From positions 1-24,472 of the forward strand of contig JBGGMM010000134.1 of the NCBI GenBank assembly GCA_041288045.1: DNA of 24,472 nt, in the 5' to 3' direction. A program made the position numbers and the translations under genes. The notes under the pieces are model-generated. The model had not been told where the DNA came from. It made no database searches and saw nothing but the letters and a program-made list of their open reading frames with translations. This document shows, one piece after another, positions 17,524 through 24,472 of the stretch (position 1 is the stretch's first letter; each line of letters opens with the position of its first letter). Source of the stretch: Pseudobdellovibrionaceae bacterium. GTDB lineage: Bacteria; Bdellovibrionota; Bdellovibrionia; Bdellovibrionales; Bdellovibrionaceae.

Positions 17524-18012
17524 TTACTGATACTTAAAGTCGATGACTTCGTACTCTTTTTCGCCTTTGGGAGAGTGCACCACAACAATATCACCGGACT
17601 TTTTGCCAATCAGGGCGCGGGCAATCGGTGACATGATCGAAATTTTACCAGCTTTCACATCAGCTTCATCAATCCCAACGATTTGGTAAGTCACTTTTTC
17701 TTCTTCTTCGACATCGGAAATTGTGACAGTTGCACCAAAAACCACTCGGTCCGCTTTGATTTCAGCAGGGTTGATGACTTCAGCAGTGGCAATTTTGCTT
17801 TGAATTTCAGCAATTCGACCCTCGATCATGCTTTGGCGCTCTTTTGCAGCTTCATACTCAGCGTTTTCGCTGATATCGCCTTGGGCACGGGCCTCTTCAA
17901 TCGCCTTAATGATATAAGGTCGCTCCTCTTGAAGGAGGCGCTTCAGCTCAGCTTCAAGCTGGGCTTTTCCTAAAACTGTCATCGGCATTTTGTCAGCGCC
18001 AGTAGAACTCAT
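17524..18012 (-). CDS. greA: Transcription elongation factor GreA
   Basis: EARAQGDISENAEYEAAKE, VVFGATV, YQIVG.DEAD, ISIMSPIARALIGK; AAGGAG RBS. Confidence 0.96.
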   Translation of the reverse strand: MSSTGADKMPMTVLGKAQLEAELKRLLQEERPYIIKAIEEARAQGDISENAEYEAAKERQSMIEGRIAEIQSKIATAEVINPAEIKADRVVFGATVTISDVEEEEKVTYQIVGIDEADVKAGKISIMSPIARALIGKKSGDIVVVHSPKGEKEYEVIDFKYQ

Positions 18013-18143
18013 AAAGGCTCCTTCAAAGAGGTAAGATAGCTACCAAAACCAGGTAAACCCAACAAGCTTTCCTTATTGCGCCAGGCGTTAAATGCTTATG
18101 ATACATGCAAATCCGCCTTACATCCAGATCCAAACAGCTTTGA

Positions 18144-18171
18144 TTGAACCTCGGTGGAACTGCTTTAGAAT
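18144..18171 (+). promoter_or_regulatory. Candidate sigma70 promoter for nrnA with a very short leader
   Basis: TTGAAC (18144-18149), 16 nt, TAGAAT (18166-18171), ATG at 18181; no Shine-Dalgarno. Confidence 0.45.
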
Positions 18172-18180
18172 ATAAAGTTC

Positions 18181-19176
18181 ATGAAAACATTGGCCTCTCG
18201 AATTCGCAGTGCTCAAAGTATTCTCCTCTCCACTCACCGGCAATGCGATGGCGATGGTTTAGGGGCCCAGCTGGCATTGTTTCATGCCTTCAAAGCTGGC
18301 GGAAAAGATGTTCACGTCGTCAATGTTGATGCCACCCCAAGAAAATACCGGTTTCTCCAGCCGGACCGATGGATTCAATATTTTGAAAAGACCCCGACCC
18401 TGCCGGATCCAATCGATTTAGCTTTGATTTTCGATACCAATGACGAACGCCTAGTGGAGCCTTTATTTTCTCCACTGAAAAAAATGGCAAAGTTAATCTG
18501 CTTTATCGATCATCATCCTGTTCTGAAGCAAGGCCCTCGGCCCACGAAAGAAAGCTGGATTGATGTGACTTCGGCAAGCACAGGCGAAATGGCTTATCGA
18601 ATGATCAAGGAGCTGGGGCTTCCGATCAATCGCGATGTGGCCCGCTGCCTTTACACCAGTATCACTTTTGACACTCAACTTTATCGCTTCGTTCGCAATT
18701 CTCCGATGTCTCATCGAATCGCTGCCGAAATGATGGAGCATGGAATCGACACAGAAGAAATCCATCGCCACTTGTTCGGCAATCAAACCGTTCAGAAAAT
18801 GGCCTTCTTGGCGCGAGCCCTGGGGCAGATCGAATATTTCTCTGATGGCAAGCTGGCTGTGCTTCGCTTGAAAGATGCGGATCTTTTCCATTACAATTTA
18901 GAGCCTGATGATTCACGCGATGTCATTGACATGCTGATGAATATTGAAAGCCTAGAAGCCGCTGCTTTGTTTCGCGAAGATGATCACAACAAATACAAAA
19001 TCAGTCTTCGCAGCAAAGGTAAAATTGAAGTTCTCTCAGTCGCTGAAAATATTGGCGGCGGAGGGCATGTGCATGCGGCTGGCGCTTTTGTTGAAGGTGA
19101 TTATGAAACCATCAAAGAACAAGTGGTCAATGAATTGATTTCTCTTTTGGACCAATCCCCGGCTTTGAGGAAATGA
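18181..19176 (+). CDS. nrnA: DHH/DHHA1 phosphoesterase (oligoribonuclease/pAp phosphatase NrnA-like)
   Basis: H..DGDG.G, IFD, IDHH, SASTGE, FDT, SLRSK, GGGGH..AAG. Confidence 0.9.
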   Translation: MKTLASRIRSAQSILLSTHRQCDGDGLGAQLALFHAFKAGGKDVHVVNVDATPRKYRFLQPDRWIQYFEKTPTLPDPIDLALIFDTNDERLVEPLFSPLKKMAKLICFIDHHPVLKQGPRPTKESWIDVTSASTGEMAYRMIKELGLPINRDVARCLYTSITFDTQLYRFVRNSPMSHRIAAEMMEHGIDTEEIHRHLFGNQTVQKMAFLARALGQIEYFSDGKLAVLRLKDADLFHYNLEPDDSRDVIDMLMNIESLEAAALFREDDHNKYKISLRSKGKIEVLSVAENIGGGGHVHAAGAFVEGDYETIKEQVVNELISLLDQSPALRK

Positions 19177-19448
19177 GCAATCGCAAAAAAAAATCCCCTA
19201 TCATCTGCCGCTGCAACAATGTCAGCCGGGAAACTATTGAGCAGGCCATTCGCGAAGGCTGCGATACCATGAATAAAATCTTTGACGCCACCACAGCTGG
19301 CGTTGGTCCCTGCGGCGGTTCTTGCCGGCGCAAACTTTTGCCACTGCTGGAGCACTATTTGGCAACTGGGACTTTTCCTGAAAAAATTGCTGAAGATTTG
19401 ACTGGAAAAAAAGATCCTACGTCTTCGGATTCAGGCGAAAATCGATAA
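19173..19448 (+). CDS. BFD-like [2Fe-2S] protein
   Basis: ICRCNNV...T.AG.GPCGGSC; ATGA overlap with the nrnA stop. Confidence 0.85.
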   Translation: MSNRKKKSPIICRCNNVSRETIEQAIREGCDTMNKIFDATTAGVGPCGGSCRRKLLPLLEHYLATGTFPEKIAEDLTGKKDPTSSDSGENR

Positions 19449-19833
19449 TTTTTTGCACATCCGGACGACAAGTGCCACAGGCGGTGCTGGCCGAAGTCTG
19501 CCGACTCACCACTTCGGGTTTGTGAGCTCCGGCGATAATCGCTTGATCGACGATTTCGGTTGCGACGGAGCGGCAATGGCAGAGTTCGGCGTGATTGTAG
19601 GGATACTCCCACTGGCCTCGGCTTTTGAGGAGCACTTCCTTCAGCAAAAGTTCCGAATGGCTTTTGCCTTGAGGGATCGGCCAGCTCTGGGGATGATTTC
19701 CGAATTGCATTTGATATTTTCGCACGAGGGATAAAAGCTCGGTGCAGCCAATGACTTTGACTCGAGGTTTCTCTTGGGTGAAATCGAACTCCAAAAGATC
19801 TCGTCCTTTGAGTTCAGCGCGAAACACTGACAT
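19417..19833 (-). CDS. Protein with a C-terminal BFD-like [2Fe-2S] domain
   Basis: LCHCRSV...TSASTACGTC at the C-terminus; N-terminal about 80 aa with one extra Cys (IGC). Confidence 0.85.
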   Translation of the reverse strand: MSVFRAELKGRDLLEFDFTQEKPRVKVIGCTELLSLVRKYQMQFGNHPQSWPIPQGKSHSELLLKEVLLKSRGQWEYPYNHAELCHCRSVATEIVDQAIIAGAHKPEVVSRQTSASTACGTCRPDVQKIIDFRLNPKT

Positions 19834-19846
19834 ACTCTCAGGTTAT

Positions 19847-20737
19847 ATGAGAATATGGATTCTTTCATCTGATTCTGAGTTGGCTTCGACAAAGAGACTG
19901 CTCACCGCCTGCAAAAAGTCCCGGCATGAGACGGAAGTCCTGAATCCCTTGGAACTGCATTTTGAATTCGGCAGAAAAGGATTAACTTTTTATCACTTGG
20001 GAAAAGCGAAGAAGCTGCCGGATCTGGCGCTGCCCCGACTGGGCTGGGGGAGCTTGGAGTATGGCCTGCGCTTGATTCAAGCTTTTGAAGTCGCAGGCGT
20101 CCCCGTTCTCAATTCGGCGGAAAGTTATTTGCGAGCCGTGGATAAACTGCGAAGCCTTCAGATTTTTCATCAATTGGGACTTCCGGTTCCACAGACTCGT
20201 TTTTCAGCTCTGACACTGAAAAGCGAATGGCAGCTTCTGAAAAATTCAAAGAAACAAGTTTTCAAAACTCTGACCGGTTCTCAAGGCTTCGGAGTGACCT
20301 GGGGTTTGAATCCCGCCCAATCTCAATCGCAAGTGGACGCCTTTCGCAATGTTAGCTCCCCTTTTTTCGCACAAGAGATGCTTGAAGAGTCCTTCGGAAA
20401 AGACATCCGAGTTTTTGTCATTGCCGGTGAGATCATTGCCAGCATGCAAAGACAGGGAGTCCGGGACGATCTGCGCTCGAATTTGCATCAAGGCGGAAGG
20501 GCCCGCAGGGTTCGCCTGTCGGCAGAGGAAAAGAAATTGGCACTTTCTGCAGTCGAAGCTCTGGGCCTTTTCTATGCCGGAGTGGATTTTCTCAGAACTT
20601 CGAAAGGGCCTTTACTATTGGAAGCAAATCCTTCTCCGGGATTCGAAGGCGTGAGCCGCGCTTGCGGTGTGGACGTGGCCCGCCAGTTGGTTTCTCAATT
20701 TGAAACTTCGGCTTCGCGTTCGCAAATGATCACTTGA
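19847..20737 (+). CDS. rimK: RimK-family ATP-grasp alpha-L-glutamate ligase
   Basis: Start MRIWILS at 19847; DKLRSLQ, PVPQT, GSQGFGV, QE..E, DIRVFV, RSNLHQGG, AGVD, LEANPSPG. Substrate not determinable. Confidence 0.82.
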   Translation: MRIWILSSDSELASTKRLLTACKKSRHETEVLNPLELHFEFGRKGLTFYHLGKAKKLPDLALPRLGWGSLEYGLRLIQAFEVAGVPVLNSAESYLRAVDKLRSLQIFHQLGLPVPQTRFSALTLKSEWQLLKNSKKQVFKTLTGSQGFGVTWGLNPAQSQSQVDAFRNVSSPFFAQEMLEESFGKDIRVFVIAGEIIASMQRQGVRDDLRSNLHQGGRARRVRLSAEEKKLALSAVEALGLFYAGVDFLRTSKGPLLLEANPSPGFEGVSRACGVDVARQLVSQFETSASRSQMIT

Positions 20738-20748
20738 TCGGGCGTTTC

Positions 20749-21678
20749 TTACCTCATTCCACTTTGTTGTCGATACTTGAAGCGATTGTGGGCTGCACAT
20801 AAAACCGTGAGATTTTCAGGAGTATCCGTCCCGCCAGCCCATCGGGGCATGATGTGTTCAACTTGTAACTTCCACGCGGAAGTGCAGGTCTTTTGTGATT
20901 TTGGATCTACGTACTGGCAGGTCGAATGCTGATGAAAAAGCGGTTGGTAAATTTTCTTTGGAGGCAGGGCCAACCGTTGGACTTTCTGATTTTGAGGTTT
21001 ACTCTGCACTTTCGATTTTTGTGCAATCACTCGATCAGAAAGATACTCAATCAAGGATCTTAAATCTCCATCGGGGACCACGTGAGACAAAAGGGATTTC
21101 ATTTTTTCTAGCTTTTCAAATTGCTCTTTTGTGAGCGTCAGTTCAATTCTCACGCTTTCATTTTTTTGAATTTTTTGGACTGTGTTCTCGATCAGAGGAA
21201 GGTCAAAGCCTTGAGCCACTATTTTCTGTGTTGTGCCGTGATCCCGGGCCTCACTTGCCGTCAGCTCTTGAATGATTTGAATTTTTGTCTTCGTGAGTTT
21301 TGATGAATCTTTTTCCTGTTTGTGAGATTTCAAGTACTCTCGAGACACCTTTTGAATTTCACTGACCTGAGAAAGACTTAGCTCCCCGCTCTGAATTTGC
21401 TTTGAAACTTCGGGAATTTCCAAGCTCAGCCTCATGGCATCGATCCGTCGCATGGCTGAAGCTGCAGAGTAACCGATGCCTTCTGTTAGGTAAGAGAATA
21501 AACTGCTATAACCCATTTTCAGAAAAAGCTGCCGGCGCTGGACTTCCTTGAGAAGCTCAAGAATTTCCGATAGGACTTCCCGTTCTTTTTGGACTGTTTT
21601 TTTTAAATTGCGATCGAGTTCGTGGTCCTTCAAATATTGATGATGGACTCTGTGCAATTTTATTTTTTGATCAGGCAT
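20749..21678 (-). CDS. HNH endonuclease with long N-terminal helical (DUF222-like) region
   Basis: C-terminal CQY..C..LQVEHIMPRWAGGTDTPENLTVLCAAHN is a Zn-binding HNH motif; N-terminal GYSSLFSYL...GYS..SAMRRIDA segment. Confidence 0.85.
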   Translation of the reverse strand: MPDQKIKLHRVHHQYLKDHELDRNLKKTVQKEREVLSEILELLKEVQRRQLFLKMGYSSLFSYLTEGIGYSAASAMRRIDAMRLSLEIPEVSKQIQSGELSLSQVSEIQKVSREYLKSHKQEKDSSKLTKTKIQIIQELTASEARDHGTTQKIVAQGFDLPLIENTVQKIQKNESVRIELTLTKEQFEKLEKMKSLLSHVVPDGDLRSLIEYLSDRVIAQKSKVQSKPQNQKVQRLALPPKKIYQPLFHQHSTCQYVDPKSQKTCTSAWKLQVEHIMPRWAGGTDTPENLTVLCAAHNRFKYRQQSGMR

Positions 21679-21942
21679 GTGCTTTCTCCGCTTTTTGAAT
21701 TCCGCGCGGAAGCGCTTTCTTCAAGTGAAAAAACCATACCATGGGTTTTAAAATTGCTTTTTAGATGATATCGCAAATGGGAATAGAATCTGCATTTAAA
21801 CGCTCGAGAGCCCTTGCTAATTCGATTCGATTTTGGAATTTGAAGTTTTCAAATTTCGAGACGAAAACAAGAGCCTACAACAGGTTTTAAGAGCTTGTTT
21901 TTCTCGTCAAATAATTTTTCACTTCAACGCGATGAATTTTTC

Positions 21943-22356
21943 TTACCGAAACCACTTTCTGTGCTCGACGATCAGACAGCGATTCGAGACCACTTTGAGA
22001 CCGGCTTTTTCGGCTCGGGCTTCGGCTTCGGGATGGGAAATTCCCAATTGCAGCCACAGCACTTCGACACCGCCCACACTGAGGACCTCGTCAACAACTT
22101 CAGGGATGCGATCGGAGCTTCGGAAGACGTCGATGAATTTTCGGTATTCGGCTGGGATTTCGCGAAGGCTTGGGAAAATTTGAAAGCGATTTTCATTGTG
22201 GGGTTTCGGGTAGGTTCCGACGATCTCCCAGCCCTGATCGCGCATATAGAGAGGCACATAATGGCTGGCTTTTTGCGAATCCGGGCTCAATCCATAGACT
22301 GCAAATTTTTTGTACTGATTCAGAAGATCTTTGATTTCAGAATCTTTGACATTCAT
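21943..22356 (-). CDS. CoA-binding protein (YccU-like)
   Basis: AVYGLSPD, SHYV, IDVFR, WLQLGI, AEKAGLKVV.NRC..VEH; GGAGGA RBS. Confidence 0.9.
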   Translation of the reverse strand: MNVKDSEIKDLLNQYKKFAVYGLSPDSQKASHYVPLYMRDQGWEIVGTYPKPHNENRFQIFPSLREIPAEYRKFIDVFRSSDRIPEVVDEVLSVGGVEVLWLQLGISHPEAEARAEKAGLKVVSNRCLIVEHRKWFR

Positions 22357-22385
22357 GGGCGTCCTCCCCTTGACTGAAGCCAGCT

Positions 22386-22553
22386 CTAAAGCTGGGACTC
22401 GTTCAGAGCATCCCGAACTTCGGGACTGTTGTCAGCATCCAACTTTTCGCCTGTCGTCGTCCCTACAGGAGTTTTTGCCGGATTGGATTCATTTCGTGGT
22501 TTTGCTGTGTCATTTTTTTGAGGAGTCACAGATTTGTCTTTATTTTGTGGCAT
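22386..22553 (-). CDS. Small hydrophilic protein, 55 aa (below the ORF-track cutoff)
   Basis: My translation: MPQNKDKSVTPQKNDTAKPRNESNPAKTPVGTTTGEKLDADNSPEVRDALNESQL*. Strong RBS GGGAGG directly upstream; fills the gap between co-oriented genes. Confidence 0.65.
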   Translation of the reverse strand: MPQNKDKSVTPQKNDTAKPRNESNPAKTPVGTTTGEKLDADNSPEVRDALNESQL

Positions 22554-22635
22554 AAAACCTCCCATTTTTGGGATTTACGATTCATGAGGGAAGACTGCAA
22601 AACACTGACCAGGGATCCATCCGGCAAAAATCGGC

Positions 22636-24006
22636 TCAATTCCCTTTTCGAAGCAATTCTGGAACAGCCTGGCGCCGATAAGAAAAAATTTTGCTGACAT
22701 CTCCGCGCACGAAACTGCCGCCGAAAATTTGGCCCAGTCTTCCAATCGGGAGACGGTAGCGGACAATGTCTCTCATCAAGGTGCCAGATCCCAAATCTTC
22801 GAATTGATGGCTGTGTTGCCATTTTTGGTAGGGGCCTTTGAGTTGGGTGTCGACGAAGAACTTTTCTGGTTGCCAGACTTCGATCAAAGTTCGCCAGCGC
22901 ATGGGAAGGCCGTGCACTTTCAGACTGTAATCGATCAAAGTTCCTTTTTCAATTTGTGAGGTCGAAGATTTTTCGACGTGAAATTGCAAAAGTGGCGGCG
23001 TGATCGCTTCCAAGTTTTCGGCTTTGGCGAAAAATGGGAAGACTTTTGACCTTGGAAGATCAAAGTACTGTTCAGCGAAAAAAATTTGATCTCCGCCTTG
23101 GTAGTAGCGACAGCAATCAGCAAAGGCACTTTCAAGAGTTGGAAACTGAAAATGGAATGTCGAGAGTCTTTCGCTCGTAACCCTCACCGAACTCAAAACG
23201 GCTTGGGCCATTTCTCCAAACAATGTCTGCAGAGCCAATTTTGGAACTGGAGGGCCCTTTCGGACTTGCAAGGCTTTGCAAAGTTCTTCGGTCCATTGGG
23301 CATTGGTCACCGGCTCGGGAGAAGTGGCATTGTAAATTCCCTCCATCGAAGAATCTTCGAGGGCCTTGATATAGAGATTCACCAAATCATGAAGGTGAAT
23401 CCAGCTCATCCATTGATTTCCCGAGGACAGAACGCCACCCACTCCCATTTGGAAAGGTGGAAGCATTTTCATCAAGGCGCCGCCAAAGGGTGAAAGCACC
23501 ACAGCGGTGCGCAGGATGACAAAGCGGGCTTTTGAAATTTTATGTTTCCCATCGAGAATGGCGTTTTCCCATTTTTCACAGACATCGGCGAGGAAGCCTG
23601 TGCCTTTGAGACTTTTTTCTGTCAGCGTTTCATCGCCACGATCACCATAGTAGCCGATGGCTGAGGCAGAGATCAAAATTTTGACTGTGGCTGGGAGGCT
23701 TTGGATCAAATGCTCACTGAATTCCTCACGGGAAGAGAGAATCTTTCTTTTTCGCTCCTCTGTCCACCTTCCCTCCCCGACATTTTCACCTGCCAAGTGA
23801 ATGACAGCTTCAACTTCATTTAGTGCCGGAGAATCGATAGCGCCTTTGCTCAAATTTCCCTCGATGATTTCCGCCGGGAATGGCAGCTCCAGCTTTGCTT
23901 TCCCGGCATTTCTAGAAAGAGCGATCACATGATGGCCCTTTCGGACCAAGGCTTTTCCAACTTCTTTGCCAATCAGACCGGTGGCTCCGGTGAGGAGAAC
24001 TTTCAT
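22636..24006 (-). CDS. TIGR01777 (YfcH-like) NAD-dependent epimerase fused to a C-terminal SRPBCC domain
   Basis: TGATGLIG, HLAGE, ASAIGYYG, GFLADVC..WE, WMSWIH; then VFPFF...NLEAITPP...FVDTQLKGPY..W.H.H.F...IF.YR. Confidence 0.9.
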   Translation of the reverse strand: MKVLLTGATGLIGKEVGKALVRKGHHVIALSRNAGKAKLELPFPAEIIEGNLSKGAIDSPALNEVEAVIHLAGENVGEGRWTEERKRKILSSREEFSEHLIQSLPATVKILISASAIGYYGDRGDETLTEKSLKGTGFLADVCEKWENAILDGKHKISKARFVILRTAVVLSPFGGALMKMLPPFQMGVGGVLSSGNQWMSWIHLHDLVNLYIKALEDSSMEGIYNATSPEPVTNAQWTEELCKALQVRKGPPVPKLALQTLFGEMAQAVLSSVRVTSERLSTFHFQFPTLESAFADCCRYYQGGDQIFFAEQYFDLPRSKVFPFFAKAENLEAITPPLLQFHVEKSSTSQIEKGTLIDYSLKVHGLPMRWRTLIEVWQPEKFFVDTQLKGPYQKWQHSHQFEDLGSGTLMRDIVRYRLPIGRLGQIFGGSFVRGDVSKIFSYRRQAVPELLRKGN

Positions 24007-24472
24007 TTTTGTTTTTCCTTTAAAGCTTTGTGAAAAGCGTGAAGGGCTCGGTCGCGGGCTTCGCTGTGGTTAATGATGGGCTCTGGATAGCGATCGGTTC
24101 CATATTCGGGAATCCATTTTCGAATGTACTCTTCATCAGGGTCAAAGCGTTCGGCTTGAGATTGCGGATTGAAAACACGAAAGTACGGCGCGGCATCGCA
24201 GCCAGTTCCCGCTGCCCATTGCCAGTTGCCATTGTTGCTCGCCAATTCGTAATCCAAAAGTTGAGAAGCGAAGTACCTCTCCCCTTCCAACCAATAAATC
24301 AAAAGATGCTTGGTGAGAAAGCTCGCAGTCACCATACGAGCTCGGTTGTGCATATAGCCTGTCGCCAGAAGCTCTCTCATGCCAGCGTCAACAAAAGGAT
24401 ATCCCGTTTTTCCTTCACACCATTTCTGAAAATCAGATTTGCTTTTTCGCCATTCCACTTTGTCGTACTCGG
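24003..24472 (-). CDS. phrB: Class I CPD DNA photolyase, 3' part (runs off the window end)
   Basis: W..GKTGYPFVDAGMREL..TGYMHNRARM, LLDYELASNNGNWQWAAGTG.DAAPYFRVFNP..Q..RFDP. Confidence 0.93.
   Translation of the reverse strand, partial: EYDKVEWRKSKSDFQKWCEGKTGYPFVDAGMRELLATGYMHNRARMVTASFLTKHLLIYWLEGERYFASQLLDYELASNNGNWQWAAGTGCDAAPYFRVFNPQSQAERFDPDEEYIRKWIPEYGTDRYPEPIINHSEARDRALHAFHKALKEKQK

Noticed and set aside
1..24472. CRISPR arrays, tRNA or rRNA genes
   Set aside because: No regularly spaced repeats or recognisable structural RNA genes were seen.

Overview
Bacterial chromosomal window; gene content and style suggest Bdellovibrionota (inference). Most of it is housekeeping or orphan genes: VC0807-like membrane protein, sohB, an oppDFABC-type peptide ABC operon, secreted hypotheticals, a YuiH/MsrP-like molybdoenzyme, GDPD, AsmA-like protein, greA, nrnA, two BFD-like ferredoxins, RimK-like ligase, HNH nuclease, CoA-binding protein, TIGR01777-SRPBCC fusion and photolyase. 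The highlight is at about 11.85-13.91 kb. An apparently complete 1441-bp IS110-family element of the IS1111 type (12-bp subterminal inverted repeats, CGA core, DEDD/Ser recombinase) has split an HUH/Y1 (IS200/RAYT-like) transposase gene. The 309-nt non-coding region downstream of the recombinase carries exact 9-nt copies of both IS-host junctions, plus partner guide segments, in two internal loops closed by stems. This reads as a bridge/seek RNA programmed for the site GTGAC-CGA-TACCC. That target is a 14-bp motif which the host Y1 gene carries twice in inverted orientation, once over its own start codon.
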